From positions 867,854 through 931,853 of the forward strand of contig CBDDDZ010000004.1 in NCBI GenBank assembly GCA_965226795.1: a stretch of 64,000 nt of DNA, in the 5' to 3' direction. Positions 53,967-64,000 of this stretch are shown one piece after another (position 1 is the stretch's first letter; the number at the start of each line of letters is the position of its first letter). This stretch comes from Candidatus Latescibacterota bacterium. Its GTDB lineage: Bacteria; Latescibacterota; UBA2968; GCA-2709665. Below the pieces are notes generated by a model. That model saw only the letters and a list, made by a program, of their open reading frames with translations. It did not search any database and had not been told where the DNA came from. Made by a program: the position numbers and the translations under genes.

Positions 53967-54202
53967 GGTCAATCGACCCCGTCCATTCTCTGGCGTTCTC
54001 GATTCAGGCGAATCCTGGCGTGTATGCCGTTCTTGTGGGATCAGGCGTATCGCGAACCGCGAAGATTCCCACGGGCTGGGAGATTATTCTGGATTTGATT
54101 CGCAAGTTGGCGGCAGTCCACGGGGAGGAATGCGGTCCCGAACCGGAACGCTGGTATTTGGAGAAATTCGGGACAGAGGCGTCATACTCTGATCTCCTTT
54201 GA
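53963..54202 (+). pseudogene. SIR2-like protein N-terminal fragment
   Basis: YAVLVGSGVSR.A.IPTGWE (SIR2 GxGxS motif). Stops after 79 aa. Confidence 0.75.
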
Positions 54203-54350
54203 TGTCTAGGCTGCAATTGGAGATTTGTGAGCATCGGTTGGATGATCGCCTGGTCGGTGCGATTGCAGGCCCCTTTGGTTTGCGATCTCGCCCCAATGCG
54301 GAATCTTTATTGATCTCGGCGTCTGACCACTGAACGAAGGAGCTATTTTA

Positions 54351-55331
54351 ATGATACCGGAAAACCTGGGAAGACTGGAGCGAGTTGACCTTCGTGAAGT
54401 ATGGCGGAACGAAGCTGACGATTTTACGCCATGGTTGGCGATGCAGAAAATCCTCGACGATCTCGGTGATACACTCGGTATGCAGATAGAGTTTCAGGCG
54501 CGCGAGGAAGCCGTTGGTCCATACTCCGCGGACATATTGTGTAGAGATATCGACGACGATAGTTACGTCGTTATCGAAAACCAGCTTGAGGAAACGGACC
54601 ACGACCACCTGGGGAAGCTTCTGACGTATGCGGCGCATTTCAAGGCGTCAACCGTGGTTTGGGTCGCGAAAGCCTTTACCGACCAACACCGAGCGGCTGT
54701 AGACTGGCTGAACGAGAACTCGGCCGAGGGGACTCAGTTCTTTGCGTTGGAAATTGAGGTCTGGCGAATCGGTGAGTCCGCGTTCGCGCCGAAATTCAAT
54801 ATCGTGGCCAAACCGAACAACTGGACGAGGGGAGGGAGATCAACTGTCGCCAGTTTGACGGAGACGCAGAGAGTTCAGCTTGCATTCTGGAATGGATTCG
54901 ATGACCACGTTTCGCGGCATGGACAGCAGGTCAAACTTACTGCGAGTCCCAAAGCGAAATCCAGTATGGCCGCCGGGGGCTTGGGGCGTACGGGCTTCCT
55001 CCTCTCCGCGGTAGCCTCGACGCATTCCGAGACCAGGGGGTGGAAAGGTCAGGAACTAAGGGCAGAACTAAGCATCAACCGGGGAGAACTCTCGGGCAGA
55101 TTTCACGACTTTCTTCAGTCCCAACAGTCCGAGATCGAACGTGAGATGGGCGGAGAGTTGAACTGGTACAATCCCGAGGATGCCAATGCCTGCAGAATCT
55201 ACTCTCGGAAAGACGTGGACCTTTACGATCCGGATGCCCGCAATGAGCAGTACACTTGGCTTCTGGAGCAACTCGAGAGTTTGCGTCGCGTCTTCGCGGA
55301 GAGAATCCGAAATTTGGAACCTGCACCATAG
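54351..55331 (+). CDS. DUF4268 domain protein with N-terminal NucS-like PD-(D/E)xK domain
   Basis: LREVW.NEA.DFTPWL, ADIL...VIENQLE.TDHDHLGKL.TYAA. Confidence 0.88.
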   Translation: MIPENLGRLERVDLREVWRNEADDFTPWLAMQKILDDLGDTLGMQIEFQAREEAVGPYSADILCRDIDDDSYVVIENQLEETDHDHLGKLLTYAAHFKASTVVWVAKAFTDQHRAAVDWLNENSAEGTQFFALEIEVWRIGESAFAPKFNIVAKPNNWTRGGRSTVASLTETQRVQLAFWNGFDDHVSRHGQQVKLTASPKAKSSMAAGGLGRTGFLLSAVASTHSETRGWKGQELRAELSINRGELSGRFHDFLQSQQSEIEREMGGELNWYNPEDANACRIYSRKDVDLYDPDARNEQYTWLLEQLESLRRVFAERIRNLEPAP

Positions 55332-55729
55332 AGATAATGGCTGCGACCACCTTCGCAAACACCGTCAGGACGTTCGACAACCTTCAATCCGGTCCATCAG
55401 GTGTACGTGGCGCACCGAAAGCATCACGACAATTTGCTCAATACAATGAGTATTTTTACTCATTGCGTTGAGTAATTCGTTGAATTTGCGTCCAAATGCC
55501 ACGGAACTGCCGCGCCGTTTGCCTTAGGCCCGTCGCCTCATTCAGGTCACAACCTGGGCGACACACGCTGGCAAGACGACCCGGATTACGCGACTCGCGG
55601 AGCATTCTCGGCAGTTCGACTGTGACTTTTCGAATGCATTTTGGAACCTCCGGGCCACAGTAATGACCATAAGAATTCTTATGGCACCACAAGAAAATTT
55701 GTGGCACCGTGTTACCACCCTGGAAACGC

Positions 55730-55754
55730 GGGCAACCACAAGGGTTGCCCCTAC
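55730..55754 (-). repeat. GTAG-type REP palindrome
   Basis: Reads GTAGGGGCAACCCTTGTGGTTGCCC on the minus strand. Confidence 0.65.
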
Positions 55755-55803
55755 GATGTCATGGTCGTTCTGGCGATCTTCCGTCGGCGTGGCCATGCAG
55801 CAT

Positions 55804-56601
55804 TCATCGTGACGCGAAATCTCTTTCGTCGTCCCGGTTTGTCTTCAGACCCGCAGCGTCGAGGCAGCGGTCCATCTCGGCGGCCAGGTTCGTGTAACGG
55901 GCGCTCCGGAAATAGGCCTGCGCCCGGTCCTTCCACTGCAGGCCCGTTTTGTCGGTGTAGCGCATTGTCCCGGTGTAAACGTCGTCAGCGGCGTCTTTCA
56001 GCAGCCCGGTAAAGCGGGCCGGCTCACAGTGTAGAAGAGGCGCCACCGCCGCGGTAACGTGAATGCCGGCGGACCTGAGGCGCCGCATGGTCTTCAGCCT
56101 GGCGTCGATGCGAGGGGCGTGCGGCTCCAGCTTTCGCCGTACGCGGTCGTCGTCGGTGGGCACGGAAAAACACACGCGCAGGGGGTTCTTGAACGTCCGC
56201 AGCAGTTCCACGTCGTCCAGAACCAGGTGGCTGCGCGTGTGCACCACAACGTCTTTCGGGTTGCTGTCCAGCAGGACGCCCAGGCAGCGGCGGGTCAGCC
56301 GGTACTGCCGTTCCACGTATTGGTACGGGTCGGTGGCGGAACCCACGAAAATCCGCCTCCCCCAGATTTTGTCGCGGGCCTTGCCCAGAAGAAACGGCGC
56401 GTTCATTTTGGGCTGGACCCATGCGCCCCACGGCAAAGGGTGTTCCACGGCGTAGTGGTATTTCATTACGTAGCAATAGGCGCACCCCATGCCGCATCCG
56501 ACATACGGATTCAGGGTGTATCGGGTGACCGGAGGACCGTCCTGTGGCATCAGGACCGAACGCGCCCCGGTCTCTTCGATTTCGAGATGGGAGTGGGCCA
56601 T
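55804..56601 (-). CDS. Radical SAM protein, SPL-like (DNA repair associated)
   Basis: NPYVGCGMGCAYCY, SATDPYQ..E..Y.LTR, LEP.AP. Confidence 0.9.
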   Translation of the reverse strand: MAHSHLEIEETGARSVLMPQDGPPVTRYTLNPYVGCGMGCAYCYVMKYHYAVEHPLPWGAWVQPKMNAPFLLGKARDKIWGRRIFVGSATDPYQYVERQYRLTRRCLGVLLDSNPKDVVVHTRSHLVLDDVELLRTFKNPLRVCFSVPTDDDRVRRKLEPHAPRIDARLKTMRRLRSAGIHVTAAVAPLLHCEPARFTGLLKDAADDVYTGTMRYTDKTGLQWKDRAQAYFRSARYTNLAAEMDRCLDAAGLKTNRDDERDFASR

Positions 56602-56614
56602 ATCCTGAATATAC

Positions 56615-56628
56615 TGAACAAATGTTCA
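56615..56628. promoter_or_regulatory. LexA/SOS box candidate TGAAC-AAAT-GTTCA
   Basis: GAAC-N4-GTTC 14 nt upstream of the SPL-like start codon. Confidence 0.7.
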
Positions 56629-56889
56629 TATATCAAGTCTGAAAAAAGTGTCGACGAAACATCAGCTCACACTGAGACACGACGACACAAAGGAAAAGGC
56701 AGTGAACAGGAATCAGCAGTCAGCTTAAAACAGAAAGCAAAAAGGGGAATGCGATACGGCGTGGCGATATCAATGCCCGGATGTCTGGTTTTCGCAGGGG
56801 CGGTTCGGGAACCGCCCGTCTTTCGTGCAGCAACAGCCCAAGACATACAGCAGTCCTATCCGGTGAACCTCTCGTGCGCCCGGTCCGAT

Positions 56890-57103
56890 CGGGAGGGGGC
56901 TTTTCCGCGTAATTCCGTTCATCAACGTCGCTTGAGAAGTGCTGAAGACTTCGCAGGGCGCAAACCCTGGTCTCCGTTGCCGGAGCAGTTCGCGGAAAAG
57001 CAGCCCCGCGGCGTTTGAGCGGCCTGCCTGCGCCGAGACGTGCTCGGCAGGCAGGCGCGGTTCTTTTTGGTCCTTTTTCTTGCGCGAACAAGAAAAAGGA
57101 CGA
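56890..57103. repeat. 3' part of the structured non-coding repeat, copy 3
   Basis: Homologous to 37310-37524 and 39290-39500. Confidence 0.8.
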
Positions 57104-57309
57104 AGAGGAAAAAAATGAATGGAGCGGAAGAGCCTGTGTCCGCCCGGAACGCAGTTCCAGAATGCCGACCGATGGGACCATGATCGCTTAATTTTCGCCA
57201 TTTTCAGGTTTAGGGATACCATCGGCACCCCAAATTTGCTATTTTTTAGTCGATTTGATCCAACGTGCAACATCCAGCCCGATTGCCGGGAATCTCAGGA
57301 GGATACCAA

Positions 57310-58407
57310 ATGAAAACGCCACTTGTGCTGTTGTTGACCGCTGCCACGCTGACTGTCGCCCTGGCCTTCGGCGCGCGGGACAGCCGGTCCGAAACCAAAA
57401 ACGTGGAACAGGCCACGTTCGCCGGCGGCTGCTTCTGGTGCATCGAAGCTCCCTTCGATAAACTCGAGGGGGTCGTCTCCGCGGTATCCGGCTATACCGG
57501 CGGGGAACACCTGAATCCGACCTACGGCCAGGTCAGTTCAGGCAGCACCCGGCACATCGAGTCGGTGCTTGTCACATACGACCCCTCCGTCGTCACCTAC
57601 GCTGAATTGCTCGACGTTTTCTGGCGGCAGTTCGACCCCACCGATGCCGGCGGGTCGTTCTACGACCGGGGCCACCAGTACACGTCGGCCATTTTCTACC
57701 ACGACGAGAAGCAGAAACAGCTGGCCGAAGCTTCAAAAAAAGCGCTGGGCGAGTCGGGTCGCTTCAACGCTTCCATCGTCACGCCCATCCGCCCTGCGCA
57801 AACGTTTTACCCGGCTGAGAAATACCACCAGGATTACTACAAGAAAAAGCCGGCCCAATACAACCGCTACCGGAAGGGCTCGGGTCGCGACCGGTTTATC
57901 GAGGGGGTCTGGGGCCGGGACAAGCCCGCTAAATCCTCCGAAGGGACCTGGGTAAAACCCCCCGCGTCGGCGTTGCGCCGGAAGCTGACGCCGCTGCAGT
58001 GGAACGTGACCCAGGAAGACGGCACCGAGCGGCCGTTCCGCAACGAGTACTGGGATAACAAGAAGCCGGGAATCTACGTGGATATCGTCTCGGGCGAACC
58101 GCTTTTCAGTTCAACGCACAAATACCGGTCGGGTACCGGATGGCCGAGCTTCACCCAGCCGATGGTCCGGGAACACATCGTGAAGCACGTCGACAGCAGC
58201 CTCTTCACGACCCGTACCGAGATTCGGAGCAAGTTCGGGGACTCCCACCTCGGCCATGTGTTCCCCGACGGGCCTCCCCCCACCGGTCTGCGGTATTGTA
58301 TCAATTCGGCTTCGCTGAGGTTTATTCCCATGAACGAATTGAAGACCGCCGGGTACGGCCAGTACCTCGATTTGTTAAAAGAACTCAATGTGTCCGCGGG
58401 AAAATAG
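57310..58407 (+). CDS. msrAB: Exported bifunctional methionine sulfoxide reductase A/B
   Basis: Signal peptide, GGCFWC, AE.YHQDY, SG.GWPSF, HLGHVF.DGP, RYCINS. Confidence 0.96.
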   Translation: MKTPLVLLLTAATLTVALAFGARDSRSETKNVEQATFAGGCFWCIEAPFDKLEGVVSAVSGYTGGEHLNPTYGQVSSGSTRHIESVLVTYDPSVVTYAELLDVFWRQFDPTDAGGSFYDRGHQYTSAIFYHDEKQKQLAEASKKALGESGRFNASIVTPIRPAQTFYPAEKYHQDYYKKKPAQYNRYRKGSGRDRFIEGVWGRDKPAKSSEGTWVKPPASALRRKLTPLQWNVTQEDGTERPFRNEYWDNKKPGIYVDIVSGEPLFSSTHKYRSGTGWPSFTQPMVREHIVKHVDSSLFTTRTEIRSKFGDSHLGHVFPDGPPPTGLRYCINSASLRFIPMNELKTAGYGQYLDLLKELNVSAGK

Positions 58408-58425
58408 GCGCGACGCGCACAAAAA

Positions 58426-58464
58426 ATAACACCATCGCCCGCAATTTGCGGGCGATGGTGTTAT
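58426..58464. terminator. Bidirectional terminator-like hairpin
   Basis: ATAACACCATCGCCCGCAA-T-TTGCGGGCGATGGTGTTAT between convergent genes. Confidence 0.7.
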
Positions 58465-58560
58465 CGTTTACAACTGCGGCTGCAGGATTGGCCTCTGGCA
58501 GGTCCCCCGCCCGAATTCGCCCATCCCTTTCCCCTCGCGTACTCCCGATCGCGACTCTCT

Positions 58561-59187
58561 CTATCGTGTGACTTCGTCGGTAGATACGACGGTGACGCCC
58601 CGTGCCTTCCAGCCTTCCACGAGCGTTTCTCCGCGTTCGGGGAAGATAGCCTGCGTGGCGTCCAGGACAAGCTGGATGGGGGCGGTGTTTCTCGCCAGGA
58701 AGCCGTTGATGGCGTGGGCATTGCAGACGTCCAGGGCAACGCCGTACAGTACGATGCGCCCGGGTCTGACGATGTCCAGTACGGGGTCCACGTTCCGGTT
58801 GGTGAAAACGTCGAAGCGCTGTTTGCGGAAGATGATCTCACCGGTGTGGCTGCGGATCCGCTGGCTGAGGGCAATGGGATCCTCCGGGTCGCCGTCGATC
58901 CACATCGGATTTCCGGGTCGTGTTTCCGGGACCTTTCGCTGGCCCGGGGTGCCCTTGAGGCAGTGCGGCGGAAAGGTGTTCCTGAAGTCGGGCGAATCCG
59001 AAATCTCGGGATCTTCGGGGTTGTGGTAGTCTACCGAGCCGAAGACGGGGATTTTTCGCTGCCGGGCGCAGGCGGTGAGCCGCTTGAGGTTGGGAAGGAT
59101 TTTTTCCGCCTCCCGGATGTAGAGTTTGCCATCGGGCATGATAAAGTCGTACTGGGTATCCACGTCCCAGAAGATGGTTTCGCGCAT
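58561..59187 (-). CDS. pncA: Nicotinamidase/isochorismatase family cysteine hydrolase
   Basis: DVDTQYDF..PDG.L, D.H, PPHC..GT.G, GVALDVC. Confidence 0.85.
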   Translation of the reverse strand: MRETIFWDVDTQYDFIMPDGKLYIREAEKILPNLKRLTACARQRKIPVFGSVDYHNPEDPEISDSPDFRNTFPPHCLKGTPGQRKVPETRPGNPMWIDGDPEDPIALSQRIRSHTGEIIFRKQRFDVFTNRNVDPVLDIVRPGRIVLYGVALDVCNAHAINGFLARNTAPIQLVLDATQAIFPERGETLVEGWKARGVTVVSTDEVTR

Positions 59188-59301
59188 CGGCGCTTCTCCT
59201 GAATTTTTTCAAAAAAGATACGGCAGAACTGAGACTGTGACAAGGGCGGCGTTCTTGTCCCATGATGCCTGCCGGCGGTAGTGACGGGCGATACCGGCCC
59301 T

Positions 59302-60033
59302 CTATGGGGAGGTCTGTTGCGGCGGGATTGCGAGTTTCTGGATGAAGATACCCGCGGCGACGGAGACGTTGAGGGAGGGGACGTTACCGAGGGAAGGAAT
59401 GCTGCAGGTGGCGTCGCACTTGTCCAGGGTGAGACGGCGGAGCCCGCGTTCCTCGTTGCCCAGAACGAGCAGCCAGGGTCGATCGGCGGCGATTTGGCCG
59501 AGGCCGGCATCGGCGTGTTCGGACGCGCCAAGGATCCAGAGGTTTGACGTCCGTGCCAGGTCGAGAGCACGGCTGAGATTGGGCAGAAAGGCAAAAGGCA
59601 CGTGTTCAACGCCGCCGGAGGCGACGTCATACACGGTTCCCGTGAGCGGGGCGGAACGGTCCCGCGTAAGCAGGATGCCGTGAACACCGAAGAAAGCGGC
59701 GGTTCGAAAGATCGCGCCGACGTTGTGCGGATCCTGTACCTGGTCAAGCGCAAGCCACAATCCGGTGGCGGGGGCGTGCGCGAAGAGTTCCTGGATGGTG
59801 ACCGGGGGTCGTTCCTTGACGGCGGCTTCGGCGCCGCCCGCGCGGCCGGCCCGGTTTTGCCTCTGGGAAGTCCGGGTTTCGCGGGTAATTTTAACGCCGA
59901 TTTCCGCGGCGGACGCCCTGATCTGTCTCCACAGGCCGGCGACGGGGTCCGGAAGATGTATTTCGTAGACGTCCTGGGGTCGGGTTTGGAGGACGGCCAG
60001 GATGCTGTGAGGGTTCTTGAGGTGAAGAGGCAT
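59302..60033 (-). CDS. rlmB: TrmH/SpoU-family rRNA methyltransferase
   Basis: LDQVQDPHNVGAIFRTA, LGNE..GL, SLNVSVA. Confidence 0.85.
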   Translation of the reverse strand: MPLHLKNPHSILAVLQTRPQDVYEIHLPDPVAGLWRQIRASAAEIGVKITRETRTSQRQNRAGRAGGAEAAVKERPPVTIQELFAHAPATGLWLALDQVQDPHNVGAIFRTAAFFGVHGILLTRDRSAPLTGTVYDVASGGVEHVPFAFLPNLSRALDLARTSNLWILGASEHADAGLGQIAADRPWLLVLGNEERGLRRLTLDKCDATCSIPSLGNVPSLNVSVAAGIFIQKLAIPPQQTSP

Positions 60034-60064
60034 GGCGGTTCCTTGTGTCCCGGTACGTGGCCGG

Positions 60065-61690
60065 CTATCCGAACAGTCCCTCCGCATATTGCCGGCGGAT
60101 GACTTTCTTATTCAGTTTTCCCACACTGGTTTTGGGTATTTGCTCCACGAAGACGATTCTGTCGGGCACCCAGTATTTCGGATATTGGGACGCGAGGTAC
60201 GCCCGGAGTTCTGCGCCCGTGGCCGGGTCGGCGCTGGGCGACAGAACCGCGATGGCGACGGGGCGCTCCGTCCATTTCGCGTCGGGTATGGCGATTACGG
60301 CGGCCTCTGTGACGGCCGGGTGGCCCATCAGCGTGTTCTCCAACTCGACGCTTGAGATCCACTCGCCGCCGCTCTTGATGAGGTCTCTGGTCCGGTCCGT
60401 GATGGTGAGGAAGCCGTCCGGGCTCATCGAGCCGACGTCGCCGGTTCGGAACCACCCGTCGGCGGTGAAGTGATCGGGTCCGGGTTCCTGTTTGTAATAG
60501 CTACCGATCACCCAGGGGCCCCTGACCTGTATTTCGCCCATGGTGCTGCCGTCCCACGGCGCCTGGTTGCCGGAATCGTCCACGATCCGCATTTCAACAC
60601 CGGAAATGGGATAGCCCTGTCGGGCTTTGACGTCCCACCTGTCCGCGTCCGAAAGGGTGCGATGATGGCGTTGCAGCCTGGAGACGGTGCCCAGAGGGGA
60701 GAGTTCGGTCATCCCCCAGGCGTGGACGACCGGGACGTTCAGTTCCGTCTCGAAGGCTTCGATCAGGCCGCGCGGCATGGCCGAACCGCCGACGATCAGC
60801 GACCGGATACAGGAGATGTCGCGTGGATTGACTTTCAGTTCTTCATAGAGCCCGGTCCAGATGGTGGGTACGCCGGCGGGAACCGTCACGCTTTCGTTCT
60901 CGATCATCCCGGCCAGGGCACGGGGTTTCAGGTGGGGTCCGGGCAGGACCAACTCCGCGCCGGCCATGGCGCAGGCATAGGGCAAACCCCATGCCATGGC
61001 GTGAAACTGAGGAACGACGGGCATAACGATGTCCGATTCCACAATTCCCAAGGCGTTGGACTGGTTAACGCCGAGGGTGTGCAGAAACATCGACCGGTGC
61101 GAGTAGAGCGCGCCCCTTGGCTCGCCGGTCGTGCCGCTGGTATAGCAGAGGCCCATGGCCGCGGTCTCGTCGGTTACAGGCCACTCAAACGCGTCGCTTC
61201 CGCTGGCTATGAGGTCTTCATAGAAGTAAATGTCGGATAGGCCGGTCCGGATACCCGGATCGGCGTTGAACAGGACGGTACGCGGGGGGCGGTCGAGTCT
61301 GGACGCCACGGCTTCAAAGAGGGGCAGCAGGGTCGCGTCCACAAAGATGGCTTTGTCTTCCGCGTGGTTGATAATATAAGCCAGCTGTTCGGGAGAGAGC
61401 CGGATGTTGAGCGTATGACAGACGGCGCCGTTGCAAGGAACGGCGAAATACAGTTCCAGGTGCTGGTAGTTGTTCCACGCGAAGGTGCCCACCCGGTCCC
61501 CTGGTTCAATGCCCAGGCCGCCCAGTGCGCTGGCGAGCCGCTTTGACCGTCGGTACATTTCCGCATAGGTGTATCGGTGCATCGTTCCGTCAGGCAATCC
61601 GGTGGTAATACGTTTGTGAGGGTACAGACGATTCGCGTGCTCAAGGATCCGGTCCATGGTGAGGGGATAGTCCATCATGAGACCTTGCAT
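60065..61690 (-). CDS. Long-chain fatty acid--CoA ligase
   Basis: [37 protein letters not shown]. Confidence 0.93.
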   Translation of the reverse strand: MQGLMMDYPLTMDRILEHANRLYPHKRITTGLPDGTMHRYTYAEMYRRSKRLASALGGLGIEPGDRVGTFAWNNYQHLELYFAVPCNGAVCHTLNIRLSPEQLAYIINHAEDKAIFVDATLLPLFEAVASRLDRPPRTVLFNADPGIRTGLSDIYFYEDLIASGSDAFEWPVTDETAAMGLCYTSGTTGEPRGALYSHRSMFLHTLGVNQSNALGIVESDIVMPVVPQFHAMAWGLPYACAMAGAELVLPGPHLKPRALAGMIENESVTVPAGVPTIWTGLYEELKVNPRDISCIRSLIVGGSAMPRGLIEAFETELNVPVVHAWGMTELSPLGTVSRLQRHHRTLSDADRWDVKARQGYPISGVEMRIVDDSGNQAPWDGSTMGEIQVRGPWVIGSYYKQEPGPDHFTADGWFRTGDVGSMSPDGFLTITDRTRDLIKSGGEWISSVELENTLMGHPAVTEAAVIAIPDAKWTERPVAIAVLSPSADPATGAELRAYLASQYPKYWVPDRIVFVEQIPKTSVGKLNKKVIRRQYAEGLFG

Positions 61691-61754
61691 CGATTGCGCT
61701 CCTCGGGAGTTGGGGGCTTGTGTCTGATTCGAGGTGTGCCGCCGCCGCGGTCCT

Positions 61755-64000
61755 CTATCCCTTATTCGGTAGCTGGAGGTACTCTTCCGGGGTGAAGGCG
61801 TCCACCCGGATCGCCTGATCCCGGGCGGCCTCGGCGCGCCGGAACAGTTGTGCGTCTTCCTGTGTGATCAGCTTTTTTTCCAGGGCCTGTAAGACCAGAC
61901 GGTTGGGGTCCCGGCCCGAGAGCAGGCCCGCGCGGGCGGCCTCTCTGATTTTTAGGGAAATGGGTTCGGCCTCGCAGGAGAGTGCAAACGCGGCTTCCAG
62001 GCGGCCCAGGGCTTCGCTGGTCGAGTCCGGCAGGTATATGCCCGCGGTAAGCGCGTCCCTGTCGGGGCCGGGCGTCCGGACGGCGCGGGCGACCTCGCCG
62101 CCGAGGGCGTCTGACGGCATCCGGCCGATGGGATTGAGGCGCGACCACAACGCGCCGGGATAGCGGAATATCAGATCGAGGCCGGGCAAGACGCGCAGAT
62201 TCTGGAACAGGCCGGAGAAACCGAGCTGAATCTGCGCGAGCGCGTATTGCATCGCCCAGTGCAGATAGGGCAGATGGCCGGGTCTGCGGCCCTCCGCTTC
62301 AAAGCGGCGCAGGACGGCCGAGCCCAGATACATCCAGGAGAGAATGTCCGCGAAGCGACCGGCCAGCTTTTCTTCTTTTTTCAGGGCGCCGCCCATCGTA
62401 ACCACGGCGACGTCGGCCAGGAAGGCGAACGAAGCGGATGCCCAGGCCAGTTTGCGGATGTACCGGGACGCGGGCCTTCCCACGGGCGATGCGGCCAGGT
62501 ATCCGCGCGACAGGCTCAGGAGCGAGGCGCGGAAGGCGTTGCGGATAAAGTGGCCCGCATGCGCCCAGAAAGCGCGGTCGAAGGCGTGCAGGTCGTCCGA
62601 TTTGAGCGCCTGTATTTCCGCGTATATGTACGGATGGCACCGGATGGCCCCCTGCCCGAACGTGATGAAGGTTCGCGTGAGGATATTGGCGCCTTCCACG
62701 GTGATGGCGATGGGCGCCCAGAGATACGACCGGGCGAGCAGGTTTCTCGGTCCCTGGGCGATGGCGTTGCCGGCCAGGATGTCCATGCCGTCCAGAATGG
62801 CCTTCCGATGAAGTTCCGTGAGATTGAATTTGACGATGGCGGAAACAACGGCCGATTTTTCGCCCCCGTCCAGGCCGCCGCAGGTAAAACGCCTCGCGGC
62901 TTCCATCAGGTAGGCAAAGGCGCCGATCCGCGCGAGCGGCTCCTCAACGCCCTGGAATCGGCCGATGGACAGGCCGAACTGTTTGCGTACGGTGGCGTGG
63001 GCGCCCGCCACTCTCGCGGTCAGCTTGGCGCCGAAGGCTGCTGTTGCGGGAAGGGAGATGCCGCGTCCCGCGGCCAGGGATTCCATGAGCATGCGCCACC
63101 CCCGGCCAGCGCCTTCGGGCCCGCCGATGATGGCGTCGGCCGGGACGATTACGTCCCGGCCCCCGGTGGGGGCGTTGTGAAAGGGTACGCCCATCGGGTC
63201 GTGCCGTCTGTCCACGACGACGCCGGGCGTGTCGCGGGGAACGAGGGCGCAGGTGATGCCCGGATTCTCGCCTCTACCGAGCAGATTGTCCGGATCCTCG
63301 AGTTTGAATGCCAGGCCGATGAGCGTGGATATTGAAGCGAGGGTGATATATCGCTTGTTCCAGTTCAACCGCAGGCACAGCCGCCCATCCTCGTCTCTGA
63401 AGACAACCCCGCTGGATCGGATACTGCCGGCGTCGGAGCCGGCGTTCGGCTCGGTGAGGGCAAAGCACGGAATCTCCTCCCCCCGCGCCAGCCGCGGCAG
63501 GTAGTGTTCCTTCTGGTCCCGGGTGCCGTAGTGGATCAGGAGTTCCGCGGGCCCGAGCGAGTTGGGCACCATTACGGTCACGGCGAGAGGCATGGATCGG
63601 GAGGCCAGCTTGCCCACAATCGCGCTGTGAGCGGAGGTGGAGAATCCGAGCCCGCCGAATTCCTCCGGGATGATGATACCGTAGAACCGGTGCTGCTTGA
63701 GATAATCCCAGAGATCCTGGGGCAGATCCCGGTTCCGGTGAATCTGCCAGTCATCGGCCAGGCGGCACGCGGCTTCCACGGGGCCGCCGAGGAATGCCCG
63801 TTCCGTTTCGCTCAGTTCCGGATAGGGTTCGCTGTAAAGGCGTCGGAAATCGGGTTTTCCGGAGAAAAGGTCGGCGTCAATCCATACGCTTCCGGCCTCG
63901 ATGGCGGCCTGTTCTGTCGGAGATAGGGTTGGAAGGAGGCGGAGGGCCTTGAGGACTCTGAGGATCCAGGAGGATATCAGTATGCGCCGCAACGGCCGGA
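61755..64000 (-). CDS. fadE: Acyl-CoA dehydrogenase, 5' end outside the window
   Basis: [32 protein letters not shown]...[15 protein letters not shown], and the FadE C-terminal domain. Confidence 0.93.
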   Translation of the reverse strand, partial: RPLRRILISSWILRVLKALRLLPTLSPTEQAAIEAGSVWIDADLFSGKPDFRRLYSEPYPELSETERAFLGGPVEAACRLADDWQIHRNRDLPQDLWDYLKQHRFYGIIIPEEFGGLGFSTSAHSAIVGKLASRSMPLAVTVMVPNSLGPAELLIHYGTRDQKEHYLPRLARGEEIPCFALTEPNAGSDAGSIRSSGVVFRDEDGRLCLRLNWNKRYITLASISTLIGLAFKLEDPDNLLGRGENPGITCALVPRDTPGVVVDRRHDPMGVPFHNAPTGGRDVIVPADAIIGGPEGAGRGWRMLMESLAAGRGISLPATAAFGAKLTARVAGAHATVRKQFGLSIGRFQGVEEPLARIGAFAYLMEAARRFTCGGLDGGEKSAVVSAIVKFNLTELHRKAILDGMDILAGNAIAQGPRNLLARSYLWAPIAITVEGANILTRTFITFGQGAIRCHPYIYAEIQALKSDDLHAFDRAFWAHAGHFIRNAFRASLLSLSRGYLAASPVGRPASRYIRKLAWASASFAFLADVAVVTMGGALKKEEKLAGRFADILSWMYLGSAVLRRFEAEGRRPGHLPYLHWAMQYALAQIQLGFSGLFQNLRVLPGLDLIFRYPGALWSRLNPIGRMPSDALGGEVARAVRTPGPDRDALTAGIYLPDSTSEALGRLEAAFALSCEAEPISLKIREAARAGLLSGRDPNRLVLQALEKKLITQEDAQLFRRAEAARDQAIRVDAFTPEEYLQLPNKG

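Noticed and set aside
54200..54202. TGA ending the SIR2 fragment as a possible selenocysteine codon
   Set aside because: No SECIS-like hairpin at the expected distance, another stop follows within a few codons, and the downstream sequence is not SIR2-like.
43505..55331. Integron cassette array explaining the co-oriented genes
   Set aside because: No integrase, and no consistent RYYYAAC...GTTRRRY attC structures identified between the genes.

Overview
A GC-rich bacterial window that is a mosaic of intact metabolic genes, gene fragments and AT-richer accessory islands. Four PhyH dioxygenases, a PQQ beta-propeller protein and an ERG4/ERG24 sterol reductase are reminiscent of marine or sponge-associated symbionts, but this is inference only. 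Defence-like content: an AlbA_2/Schlafen protein, a very large NACHT/STAND NTPase with a C-terminal PD-(D/E)xK domain, a complete three-gene Lamassu/ABC-3C-type locus (ATPase apparently starting at CTG), a DUF3883 + PD-(D/E)xK pair, and a ~12 kb island at 43.5-55.3 kb (HEPN, Abi_C, GIY-YIG/DUF4357, DUF1828/1829, MNT-HEPN, SIR2 fragment, DUF4268, IS1380). Features missed by the ORF track: (i) two selenoprotein families with in-frame TGA plus SECIS-like hairpins and atypical motifs (Prx-like UxxS; UGSC-like UCGA); (ii) a ~600-nt non-coding repeat in three copies with compensatory base changes in several stems; (iii) a repeated sigma70 promoter/CCGATATCGG operator module; (iv) a GAAC-N4-GTTC SOS box. 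Metabolic and housekeeping genes include katG, bcp, msrAB, a GGT, an SSS transporter, a DgoD-like enolase, an ABC transporter, pncA, rlmB, an acyl-CoA ligase and fadE. Frequent frameshifts and abrupt truncations suggest sequencing or assembly error and/or gene decay. No rRNA, tRNA or CRISPR array was seen. All family assignments come from motif recognition by eye, not from database searches.
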